From positions 1,312,001-1,376,000 of the forward strand of contig CAVZYA010000001.1 in the NCBI GenBank assembly GCA_963779415.1: a DNA stretch of 64,000 bases, written 5' to 3'. A program made the translations under genes and the position numbers. Positions within the stretch are counted from its first letter, which is position 1; each line of letters begins with the position of its first letter. The DNA is from an uncultured Acidobacteriota bacterium (GTDB lineage: Bacteria; Acidobacteriota; Thermoanaerobaculia; UBA5066). This document shows, in pieces, positions 12,181 to 20,650 of this stretch. Below the pieces are notes generated by a model. It was not told the origin of the DNA, did no database searches, and saw nothing but the letters and a program-made list of their open reading frames with translations.

Positions 12181-12917
12181 CAGTCCGGCCTGGTGACCCC
12201 GGGGCCCGGGATCTGCCAGGCGCCCCGGAAGACGAGAACGAGCGCTCCCGTCGCCGCCTCGTCCCGCCCCACCGCGAGGATGAAGGGAGGGCCGACGGGG
12301 ACGTTGAGCGTCGTCCGGATGATGTCTCCGCGCGGGACCGTGACGCCGGGCCCGGGAATCGGGCGGAGGCGCTCGAACATGAGCCCTTTCAGCCGGACCT
12401 GCCGGAGATCGTCCGAGCCCTCGATCTGGAATTCGAGCCGGTAGTCGCGGCCGAGGACGGAGGCCACCGTCTGTCCCTCGGATCCCTGCACGCGGACCGT
12501 ATCGAGCCGGGTATAGCTCGTGAACCGGAAGAGCTGGCGCAGCTTCTCGCCGATCCCCTTCAGCTCCTCCTCCGCGGGGTAGACCGGCGCGACTCCGGGC
12601 CCGGGGCGGCTCTCCATCGAGGCCCTGAGAAGCGTGACGCGCAGGTCGATCGAGCGCGGCGCCACGTCCCAGGCGGCGATCGTCCGGGCAGCACGCTCGA
12701 CGGCGGACGCGCTGTCCCGGACCGTCAGGACGTTTCCCTTCGGCTGGACGATGACCGAGCCCCCCTCCGTCAGAAGCGGCCGGACGACGGCCACGGCGTC
12801 TTCGGGAGCGTGGTATCGGAGCGCGAAGACCCGGACGACGACCTCCGTGGCCGACACCGCGGCAGGGCGCGGGGATCCGAGGAGGAGGGCGAGGACGAAG
12901 AGCGAAGCGCGGGTCAT
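12180..12917 (-). CDS. Secreted protein with a stand-alone secretin N (NolW-like) domain
   Basis: Signal peptide then VRVFALRY...VRPLL.EGGSV.....N.LTVRD....V......AWD..P; no secretin barrel. Confidence 0.65.
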   Translation of the reverse strand: MTRASLFVLALLLGSPRPAAVSATEVVVRVFALRYHAPEDAVAVVRPLLTEGGSVIVQPKGNVLTVRDSASAVERAARTIAAWDVAPRSIDLRVTLLRASMESRPGPGVAPVYPAEEELKGIGEKLRQLFRFTSYTRLDTVRVQGSEGQTVASVLGRDYRLEFQIEGSDDLRQVRLKGLMFERLRPIPGPGVTVPRGDIIRTTLNVPVGPPFILAVGRDEAATGALVLVFRGAWQIPGPGVTRPD

Positions 12918-12919
12918 GA

Positions 12920-13525
12920 TCAGAGGTCCGCCCCGGGGTTCGCGACGAAGACGACGGTCGGCTCCGTCGGCGTCGAGGCCGCGAACTGATAGACGCGCGC
13001 TCCCGGGTTCTCCAGACGCTCCACGATAGGACGCGTGTTCGCCATCGCCCCGGCCGCCACCGGCAACGGAACCGACGCCACAGGGAGAGTGGGCTGCCGG
13101 AGGTAGAGAACGGCGGCCAGGCCGGAGGCGAGGAGGACGACCGCCGCGGCCCGGACCCACGAGGGAAGGCCCGCCCACGGGTGACGGTTCCGGCCGCCCC
13201 CTTCGGTGTCGCGGACCCGGATCGCCGCGAGGACATCGGCAGCGAGGATCTCCGCCTCGGCCGCCTCGTCGTGCGTCCCGCGCGGGACGGGGTGCGCGCC
13301 GCGCGAGGCGTCCTCGTTCCTCCCGGCCGAGACCGAGAGGCGGACGAAGAGAAGCGTCGGGTCGACGGCGACCGCATCGGCGAAGCAGGCTGCGCAGGAC
13401 GAAACGTGGCGCGCGAGAAGCTCCTCCCCCGCCGCGTCGAGCGCCTCCCGGGAGCGGAGCGCCGCGAGCCGCGCGGTCGTCTCCCGCTCCGGACAGGGCG
13501 CCGCCGGATGGAGCGGCCCGCTCAT
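12920..13525 (-). CDS. Zinc-binding anti-sigma factor (zf-HC2 plus TM)
   Basis: HVSSCAAC motif, one TM, ATGA coupling to the sigma gene. Confidence 0.8.
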   Translation of the reverse strand: MSGPLHPAAPCPERETTARLAALRSREALDAAGEELLARHVSSCAACFADAVAVDPTLLFVRLSVSAGRNEDASRGAHPVPRGTHDEAAEAEILAADVLAAIRVRDTEGGGRNRHPWAGLPSWVRAAAVVLLASGLAAVLYLRQPTLPVASVPLPVAAGAMANTRPIVERLENPGARVYQFAASTPTEPTVVFVANPGADL

Positions 13526-14259
13526 GGCTTCTCTCCGAAGGACACACGGACGAACTCGGGGTAGCGGCTCCGGATCTCCTCCCGCAGGAGCTTCCGGGCC
13601 TGGAAGAGATGGTTTCGCACGGTCGACTCCCGGCAGTCGAGAATGGCGGCGACCTCCCGGCTCTCGCGCTCCTCGAACTCGCGAAGAACGAAGACGAGCC
13701 GCTGCTTCTCCGAGAGGACCGTGGAGCACTCTTCGAAGATCCGGCGGATCTCCTGCCGCTCGAGGCCGGAGGGCCCCTCGGGCTCGGCCGAAAGACCGCC
13801 CCGGACGAGACGGAAGCTCTCGACCTCGGTGCGTGCACGCGAGCGGCGCGCGCGCAGCGCGTCCACCGCGAGGTTGGATGCGATCCGGAAGAGCCAGGTC
13901 GAATAGGCCCACGCCGCGTCGTACCGATGCCGGTTCTCCCAGGCCCGTACGAACGTCAGCTGGGCCACATCCCGGGCGTCCTCGGCGTCGCCGAGGAGGC
14001 GCCGGAGAAAGGCGAGGAGGCCGGGTGACCGCCGCCGGACGATCTCGGCGAACGCCTCCGTGTCCCCCTCGCGAACCCTCTCCACGAGAAGGCTCTCGGG
14101 AAAGTCGGGACGGCCAGGGTCGGCGGTCGCCGGAGGGACCGGGCGTAGAAGATTCGGACGCATCTCGTCGACGCCTTCTACGTTTCCTGGCTCGTCTTCG
14201 TCTACCACGTCTCTCCATTCACCAAGGCGGCCCGGTCCTGCGAACTCCTCCCCGCGCAA
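13522..14259 (-). CDS. ECF sigma-70 factor (start may be downstream, about 14163)
   Basis: DAEDARDVAQLTF, STWLFRIASN..D, region 4 ESTVRNHLFQARK. Confidence 0.9.
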   Translation of the reverse strand: MRGEEFAGPGRLGEWRDVVDEDEPGNVEGVDEMRPNLLRPVPPATADPGRPDFPESLLVERVREGDTEAFAEIVRRRSPGLLAFLRRLLGDAEDARDVAQLTFVRAWENRHRYDAAWAYSTWLFRIASNLAVDALRARRSRARTEVESFRLVRGGLSAEPEGPSGLERQEIRRIFEECSTVLSEKQRLVFVLREFEERESREVAAILDCRESTVRNHLFQARKLLREEIRSRYPEFVRVSFGEKP

Positions 14260-14324
14260 GGCCGGGCGCCAGTATAATCCGACAAGGCTTGGAGAATCCC
14301 GCTAAGTCTCTGCCGCCATATAAC

Positions 14325-15560
14325 TTGCGGACGAAGGACGGCGAACGGCCGATTGCCGGTCCCGCAAAAGCCGGTGAGATCTCCCTCTGGTCCCTGGTCC
14401 GTGAGCGGCTGCTCCCCGATTCCGGCGGGGCCCGCGCGGAAATCTGGCTGCAGGCCGTCTCGGTAGGCGAGGTGGAGATCGCGGCCACGCTCGTCGCGGC
14501 AATCCGGGAAAAGGAGCCGGCGACCGCGCTCCTCGTCACCGCCACGACACCCGCGGGAGTCTCGCTTCTTCCGGTCCGTTTTGGGGGGATTCCCGGCGTG
14601 GCGCTGCGTCCGTTTCCACTCGATTTCGGCTTCTCGGTCCGCCGCTTCCTCGACGCCGTCCGGCCGTGGATCCTCGTCCTCGTCGAGACCGAGCTCTGGC
14701 CCGTCGCCCTCGCCGAGGCGGGGCGCCGGGGGGTCCCCGTCGTGATCGTGAACGGACGGCTTTCGGAGAAGTCGGAGCGCCGCCTCCGGCTCGCCGGACC
14801 GCTCTTTCGGTCGGCGCTTGACGCGGTCACCCGGGTCGCGGCCCGTACTCCCGAGGACGCGGCGCGCTTCGTCGAGGCCGGCATCGCGTCCGATCGGGTC
14901 TTCGTGGCGGGGGACCTGAAGCTCGATCGCGCCGAGGCGTTCGAACCTGATTTCGCCGCACGCGTCCGCACCCTCTCGGCAGGGCGTCCCGTCGTGGTGG
15001 CGGGCTCGCTCGCCGAGGAGGAGATCCCGACGGCGCTCGCGGCCCGGCGCCTCCTCGAATCGGAGGGGATTTCGACCCTCTTTCTCATCGCCCCGCGGCA
15101 GCCCTCCTCGTTCGACGCGGCCGCGCACCGGTGCGCCTCCGCGGGCCTCGCCGTCGTCCGCCGGAGCGAGCCGGAGAGAGCCGGCGAGCGCGCGGACGTC
15201 TTCCTCCTCGATACGATCGGCGAGCTCGCCTCGGCCTATCGGTGCGGCGTCGCCTCGATCCTCGGCGGGACCTTCGTGGAGAAGGGGGGGCATAACGTTC
15301 TGGAGCCGCTTCGGGCCGGGCTCCCCGTGGTGCATGGCGGATCCATCGAGAACATCCGCGCCCTTCTCGACGGGGCGGCGGGCGCCGCCTTTCCGGCGCG
15401 CGACGGCGAAGAAGCGGGACGGACGCTCGCCGCGCTCCTCCGCGACGAGGCGGCCCTCCGGCGCGCCGCGGAGGCCGCGGCTTCTCTCTTTTCCCGAAGC
15501 GCCGGCGCCACGTCGCGTGCCGTCGAGATGATCCTCGCCCTCCGGAGACGGCCGGCGTGA
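14325..15560 (+). CDS. waaA: Kdo transferase (start uncertain)
   Basis: IWLQAVSVGE, PLD, ETELWP, NGRLS..S, GDLKLD, DTIGEL, GGHNVLEP. Confidence 0.9.
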   Translation: MRTKDGERPIAGPAKAGEISLWSLVRERLLPDSGGARAEIWLQAVSVGEVEIAATLVAAIREKEPATALLVTATTPAGVSLLPVRFGGIPGVALRPFPLDFGFSVRRFLDAVRPWILVLVETELWPVALAEAGRRGVPVVIVNGRLSEKSERRLRLAGPLFRSALDAVTRVAARTPEDAARFVEAGIASDRVFVAGDLKLDRAEAFEPDFAARVRTLSAGRPVVVAGSLAEEEIPTALAARRLLESEGISTLFLIAPRQPSSFDAAAHRCASAGLAVVRRSEPERAGERADVFLLDTIGELASAYRCGVASILGGTFVEKGGHNVLEPLRAGLPVVHGGSIENIRALLDGAAGAAFPARDGEEAGRTLAALLRDEAALRRAAEAAASLFSRSAGATSRAVEMILALRRRPA

Positions 15561-16588
15561 GCGGCACCGGGCTCCTGGCGCCCCTCGCGGCGCTCTACGG
15601 CGCCGGCGTCGGCGCGCGCCTGGCCCTCTACCGCGCCGGCATTCTCCGCGTCCGCGAAGCGTCGCGGCCGGTGATCTCGGTCGGGAACGTGGCGGCAGGC
15701 GGCACCGGGAAGACCCCCTTCGTCCGCTGGCTCGCCGGAGAGCTTTTCGCGCGGGGGGAGCGTCCGGCAATTCTCACGCGAGGGTACGGACGGCGGAGCC
15801 GCGGCCTCGTCGTCGTCTCGGACGGGGCGGGGACGCTAGCGCCGGCGGACCTCTCCGGCGACGAGCCCGCCGTTCTCGCCCGTGCCCTTCCGCGCGTCCC
15901 GGTCGTCGCAGACCCCCGCCGGCTCCGCGCCGCGGAGCGTGCCCTCGCGATCGCGCCCGACGTCGCCCTATTCCTCCTCGACGACGGCTTCTCGCACGTC
16001 GCCCTCTCCCGAGACGTCGACGTCGTCCTCCTCGACGCGACGGCCCCGGACGCCGGCGGGGCGCTCCTGCCGGCCGGGCGTCTCCGAGAGCCCCTCGACT
16101 CGCTCGCCCGGGCCGATTTCATCGTCGTCACGAAGGCCGAGCAGGCGGATCCGGGCCCTGCGGTCGACCTCGCCGCCCGTCATGCGCCCGGTGTGCCGGT
16201 CTACCACGCCATCACCGAGGTGACGGGAATCCTCGACGGCCATGGAGCGTCGCTCCAACCGAAGGACGTGACCGCGCGGGAGGTGGTGGCGGTCTGCGGG
16301 CTCGCCCGTCCGGAGGCCTTCGCCGCGACGCTCGCAACGCTCGGCGTCCGTCCGGCGGCCTTCCTCGCGTTCCGGGACCACGTCCGTTACGGCGGCGCGG
16401 AGATCGGCCGGATCGAGCGGGCCGCCCTGGAGACGGGCGCCGGTGCGATCGTGACGACGGAAAAGGATGCCGTGAAGCTCGAGACGATCTGCGCGATCCC
16501 GCTCGTCGTGGTGGCCGTCCGGATGCGCGTCGTCGAGCCCGACTTCGTGAGCGCGCTTCTGGCGCACCTCTCGCGGAGGCCTTCCTGA
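15557..16588 (+). CDS. lpxK: Tetraacyldisaccharide 4'-kinase
   Basis: SVGN...GGTGKTP, RGYG, GDEP, LDDGF.H, LPAGRLRE, TTEKDAVK. Confidence 0.95.
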   Translation: MSGTGLLAPLAALYGAGVGARLALYRAGILRVREASRPVISVGNVAAGGTGKTPFVRWLAGELFARGERPAILTRGYGRRSRGLVVVSDGAGTLAPADLSGDEPAVLARALPRVPVVADPRRLRAAERALAIAPDVALFLLDDGFSHVALSRDVDVVLLDATAPDAGGALLPAGRLREPLDSLARADFIVVTKAEQADPGPAVDLAARHAPGVPVYHAITEVTGILDGHGASLQPKDVTAREVVAVCGLARPEAFAATLATLGVRPAAFLAFRDHVRYGGAEIGRIERAALETGAGAIVTTEKDAVKLETICAIPLVVVAVRMRVVEPDFVSALLAHLSRRPS

Positions 16589-16589
16589 C

Positions 16590-17483
16590 ATGCCGCGTCG
16601 CCGCTCGGACGTCCGCAACCGGATCGAGTCATTCGGCGTTGACCTCCTTCTGGCCGCGGCGCGCCGCGGCACGCCGGAGGGAGCCGAATCGGCCGGACGC
16701 CGCCTCGGCAGGCTCTACCGGGCGATCGACCGGAAACGGCGCGATCTCGCGGAAGAGAATCTTTCGCGCGCCTTCCCCGACAAGCGGCCGGAAGAGATCG
16801 AGGCACTCTCGATCGCCGTCTTCGAGCACTTCGGCGGCGTCGCGGCGGACGTCCTCCACACCTTCGGCAGCTCTCCGGAAGCGCTCGACGCGCGGGTCTC
16901 GGTCTCCGGCGAGGAGCGGATTCGCGCGGGGCTCGCCTCCGGGCGCGGACTCTTCCTCCTGACCGCCCATCTCGGGAACTGGGAGTACTCGGCCCTCGCG
17001 ACCGCCGCCGCCGGCTTTCCCTGCACGGTCATCGCGCGGCCGCTCGACAACCCGCTTCTCGAGCGGCTTCTGAAGAGCTTCCGGGAGCGAAGCGGGAACA
17101 GCGTCGTCTACAAGACGGACGCGGCGCGCGAGATGCTCCGGGTCCTGCGCCGCGGCGGCATCGTCGGAATCCTGGCGGACCAGCATGCGCGGACGTCCGA
17201 CGGCGTCGTGGTCCCGTTCTTCGGGCGCCCGGCCGCGACGACCTCGATCGTCGCCCGCCTCGCCGACCGGACGGAGGCGTTGATCGTTCCTGCCGTCTGC
17301 GCCCGGACGGCCCCGGCTCGCTACCACCTCTCCTTCGAGCCGGGGATCGACGTCCGATCTCTGTCGCCTGCGGAGCGCGAGCCCGAGCCGCTCACGGCCC
17401 GGCTGACTCTCGAGGTGGAGCGTCTCGTCCGCCGCACTCCCGAGCAGTGGCTCTGGCTCCACAACCGCTGGCGGCTCGACTGA
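16590..17483 (+). CDS. Lipid A late acyltransferase (LpxL/HtrB family)
   Basis: HLGNWE, LADQ, VPFFG, PEQWLWLHNRW. Confidence 0.92.
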   Translation: MPRRRSDVRNRIESFGVDLLLAAARRGTPEGAESAGRRLGRLYRAIDRKRRDLAEENLSRAFPDKRPEEIEALSIAVFEHFGGVAADVLHTFGSSPEALDARVSVSGEERIRAGLASGRGLFLLTAHLGNWEYSALATAAAGFPCTVIARPLDNPLLERLLKSFRERSGNSVVYKTDAAREMLRVLRRGGIVGILADQHARTSDGVVVPFFGRPAATTSIVARLADRTEALIVPAVCARTAPARYHLSFEPGIDVRSLSPAEREPEPLTARLTLEVERLVRRTPEQWLWLHNRWRLD

Positions 17484-17501
17484 GCTTTCGACACAAACGA
17501 A

Positions 17502-17525
17502 ACGCCCCGGCTTTCGCCGGGGCGT
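17502..17525 (-). terminator. Intrinsic terminator between convergent genes
   Basis: ACGCCCCGGC-TTTC-GCCGGGGCGT perfect 10-bp stem, followed by a T-rich tract on the minus strand. Confidence 0.8.
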
Positions 17526-17551
17526 CGTGAAGTTCGAGATGTCTTTCTGTC

Positions 17552-17956
17552 TTACTGCTTGGGCGCCGTGGCCGGCTTGGCGGCAGCCGGGGCGGTGGAC
17601 GGCTTGGTGGCCTCGGTGGCCGACTTGGCGGACTCGGTGGCCGACTTGGCGGACTCGGTGGCCGACTTGGCGGCGGCGGTGGACGACTTGGCGGACTCGG
17701 TAGCCGCAGCAGCCGACTCGGTGGAGGCCTTGGCGGCCTTCTGGGCCTTCTTGGTCTTGTGGGTGGTGTGCTTCTTCGTGGTCGCCGGCTTGGCCGCCGT
17801 GGTGGCGGGGGCGGCGGCGGCCGCGGCCGTGGCCGGGGCGGCGGCGACCGCAGTGGTGGCCGGCTTGGCGGGTTCAGCCTTCTTCGGCTCGTCGGCAAAC
17901 GCCGAACCGAGCGAAAGAACGGCAACCGCAACGAGCGTCGAAAGGGTCTTCTTCAT
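17552..17956 (-). CDS. Small secreted Ala/Lys/Thr-rich basic disordered protein (acid-shock Asr-like)
   Basis: Signal peptide MKKTLSTLVAVAVLSLGSAFA, KKHTTHKTKKAQKA segment, GGAGGA RBS. Confidence 0.75.
   Translation of the reverse strand: MKKTLSTLVAVAVLSLGSAFADEPKKAEPAKPATTAVAAAPATAAAAAAPATTAAKPATTKKHTTHKTKKAQKAAKASTESAAAATESAKSSTAAAKSATESAKSATESAKSATEATKPSTAPAAAKPATAPKQ
17612..17716. repeat. 21-bp coding tandem repeat, about 4-5 copies (ATESAKS)
   Basis: ctcggtggccgacttggcgga repeated, degenerating rightwards. Confidence 0.9.
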
Positions 17957-18021
17957 TTCGGTTCCTCCGTTATTTCCCCTTTGTCTGTGGCCGGCTCGGG
18001 GTTGACCGACACAACCCTCCA

Positions 18022-18038
18022 CGCAACCGCGCTGCCAG
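18022..18038 (-). promoter_or_regulatory. Sigma54 -24/-12 promoter for the Asr-like gene
   Basis: Minus strand CTGGCAGCGCGGTTGCG = TGGCA...TTGC with exact GG-N10-GC spacing, about 65 bp upstream of the ATG. Confidence 0.7.
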
Positions 18039-18217
18039 CCGCCACCGTCCGCGGGCGGCAAGGGTTCAAACCCTTCAAGAAGAGTATTTTACGGAGATCC
18101 AGAGGAGCTGGCGTGCCGAGTCGAGCCGCGCCGAGTACACCTTTACGTGCTGACCGAAAGACTGAAACCGTTCCGGAAGAAGACCGAACGGGCGGGGGCT
18201 GTTGCCCCCGAACCCCC

Positions 18218-18799
18218 TCACTTCAGCTCGACGTTCCAGTAGGCCATGTCGAGGAAGTTCTTCCACGTCGGGTGGATCCGCTGCGGCGAGAGGAGCCCGA
18301 GCGGCGTCGCTTTCGGCCGGATCGGAGCACGGCGAAGCCGCATCCCCGCCTCCTCCGGCACGCGGTTCCCCTTTCTCACGTTGCAGGGGAGGCAGGCACA
18401 GACCACGTTCTCCCAGTTCGTCGGCCCGCCCCTCGAGAGAGGGATGACGTGGTCGAGCGACAGCTCCGAGGTGGAGTGCCTCCGCCCGCAGTACTGGCAC
18501 CGGTTCCCGTCCCGGGTGTAGATGTTGTGGCGTGAGAACTTCACCTCCGGGCGTGGCGGCCGGTCGGAGGACAGAAGCTGGATGACGCGCGGGATCCGGA
18601 GGACGAGATTCGGCGTCGCGATCACGTCGTCCTCGGGCTGCGGCGGGATGTCGCACCACTCGTCCCACGCGTACGTCGTGTAGTCCGGAAGAACCGCGCA
18701 GACGTGCCCCTTGTAGAAGAGAGTGAAGCAGCGCTTGACGTCGGTGAGGGTCACCGCCGCGAACGAGCGGTTGAGGACCAGCACCGGCGACTCCAACAT
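18218..18799 (-). CDS. HNH endonuclease
   Basis: VLVLN, SRHNIYTRD...CQYCG, LDHVIP.SRGG...WENVV.AC..CN.RKG. Confidence 0.92.
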   Translation of the reverse strand: MLESPVLVLNRSFAAVTLTDVKRCFTLFYKGHVCAVLPDYTTYAWDEWCDIPPQPEDDVIATPNLVLRIPRVIQLLSSDRPPRPEVKFSRHNIYTRDGNRCQYCGRRHSTSELSLDHVIPLSRGGPTNWENVVCACLPCNVRKGNRVPEEAGMRLRRAPIRPKATPLGLLSPQRIHPTWKNFLDMAYWNVELK

Positions 18800-18830
18800 G
18801 GTCGAAGGATAGCGTAACGTCGGCCTGTCG

Positions 18831-19829
18831 ATGCGCGTCCTCTTCGTCCGGCTCTCGTCGTTCGGCGACGTCGTCTTCGCGCTCCCCGCGGCCCGGGCGA
18901 TCCGCCTCGCGCGGCCGGGGACGACGCTCGCCTGGGCGATCGAGCCGGCGCTCGCGCCGCTCGTACGCGGCGCCTCCTTCGTGGACGAGGTTCTCGAGGC
19001 GGACACGAGGGGATGGCGGCGGTCCATTGCGGCAAGGACGACGCACAGGGAGATCCGGGATTTTCTTAGAAAGGAAAGAGAATTTCCCCCGGATCTCGTG
19101 GTGGACGCGCAAGGACTCCTAAAAAGCGCGCTGGTCACCGCCTCGGTGAGCGCTCCCCGGAAGGTCGGCTTCGGATGGCGGACGGCGACGGAGCGGGTGA
19201 ACTGCCTCTTCACGCGGGAGCATGTCGAGGCCGCAGGGCGCCCCCACGTCCTCGACCGGATGCTCGCCCTCGCCGAGCACGTCACGGGAGAGAGCGGCTT
19301 CGACCGCGTCCCGGACGTGCGGCATCTCGTCGACAGAGAAGATCCCGTGGTCGACGAATGGCTGAAGCGATACGGGATGCGTCCGTTCGCGGTGTTGCAG
19401 CCGTTTTCTTCGAAGGTGGACAAGGAGTGGCGCGCGGCCGACGTCATTGCCTTTGCGGAACGGCTCCGGGGCGGAGGCACACAGCCCGTCGTGCGATGGG
19501 GCCCCGGCGAGGAGAGCCGGGCCCGGGAGCTTCAGGACCTTTCGAAGAATCTTCTTCTTCTGGCCCCTCCCACGACTCCGGCGTCCACCGCGCGCCTCGC
19601 CTCCCGCGCGAGACTCTTCATCGGCGTTGACAGCGGACCGACGCACCTCGCCGCCGCGGCCGGCACGCCCACGCTCGCCCTGTTCGGCCCGACCGACCCC
19701 GCCCGCTTCGGCTCCGTCGGACCGAGGGTCGAGATCCTCTGCGCGCGGCCGGGCGCTTACAATCCGGAGACGGGGATGGGGGTCCCGCCGGATGAGGTTC
19801 TTGCCGCGATCGATCGGCTCCTCCGCTGA
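18831..19829 (+). CDS. LPS heptosyltransferase (GT9, WaaC-like)
   Basis: RLSSFGDVV, DAQGLLKS, GVDSGPTHLAAA.GTP..ALFGPT. Confidence 0.9.
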   Translation: MRVLFVRLSSFGDVVFALPAARAIRLARPGTTLAWAIEPALAPLVRGASFVDEVLEADTRGWRRSIAARTTHREIRDFLRKEREFPPDLVVDAQGLLKSALVTASVSAPRKVGFGWRTATERVNCLFTREHVEAAGRPHVLDRMLALAEHVTGESGFDRVPDVRHLVDREDPVVDEWLKRYGMRPFAVLQPFSSKVDKEWRAADVIAFAERLRGGGTQPVVRWGPGEESRARELQDLSKNLLLLAPPTTPASTARLASRARLFIGVDSGPTHLAAAAGTPTLALFGPTDPARFGSVGPRVEILCARPGAYNPETGMGVPPDEVLAAIDRLLR

Positions 19830-20631
19830 GAAGCCGGGCGTCGCTCGCGGACGCCTCGCGGCCGCACTCCTCTTCGTCCTGCTCGCGGCCGGCCTCGGGG
19901 CGGCGCCCTCCGCTCTCCCGAACGCAAACCGCGAGAGCCTCCCGAAAGACCAGCTCTTCCCCGTTCCGTTCCTCCCGGGCGAGCGGCTCGTCTACACGAT
20001 CGCGTGGCTCAAGATCGAGGGGGGCGAGATGACGCTCTCCGCGGCCCGGGGGGCCTCCCCGGACGGCGTCCCGATCCACCACCTCCTTCTGACGGCCGTC
20101 TCGAACGACTATGTCTCGAAGTTCTATCCCGTGAACACGCGCTACGAGACGTGGGTGGACGCCCGGGACTTTCAGCCGCTCCGCTTCGAGAAGCGGGCCC
20201 GCGAAGGACGCTACAGCTCGGACGAGGTGGAGGAGTTCGACCTCGGCCGGCGGATCGCGTCCTGGCGGACGGACCGGACTCCCCTCCCCGAGCGGGTGGA
20301 GGACATCATCTCGTCCTTCTATTACATGCGCTCGCAGCCGCTCGTTCCCGGAAACGACATCCCTCTCGACATGTTCTCGCGGGGAAAGATCTACCGGCTC
20401 GTCGTCCACGTCCAGGAGAAGGAGACCGTCGAGACCGAGGCCGGCACGTTCGAGGCGATCCGCGTCCAGCCGGCCATGCTCGGACGGGACGGGGAGGACC
20501 GGAACCGGGGAAAGCTCTTTCTCTGGTTCTCGGACGACGAGCGGCGGCTCCCCGTGATGGCGCGCACGATCCTGCCGATCGGCTCGGTCTCGGCCCGGCT
20601 CAAGCGTGTCGAGCCGGGGGGCGGCGGCTGA
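19792..20631 (+). CDS. DUF3108-like exported protein (start uncertain)
   Basis: Hydrophobic leader, GERLVY, D..S.FYY.R, GTFEA, WFSDDERRLPV. Confidence 0.75.
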   Translation: MRFLPRSIGSSAEKPGVARGRLAAALLFVLLAAGLGAAPSALPNANRESLPKDQLFPVPFLPGERLVYTIAWLKIEGGEMTLSAARGASPDGVPIHHLLLTAVSNDYVSKFYPVNTRYETWVDARDFQPLRFEKRAREGRYSSDEVEEFDLGRRIASWRTDRTPLPERVEDIISSFYYMRSQPLVPGNDIPLDMFSRGKIYRLVVHVQEKETVETEAGTFEAIRVQPAMLGRDGEDRNRGKLFLWFSDDERRLPVMARTILPIGSVSARLKRVEPGGGG

Positions 20632-20650
20632 ACGGTCTAGAATCGCGGCG

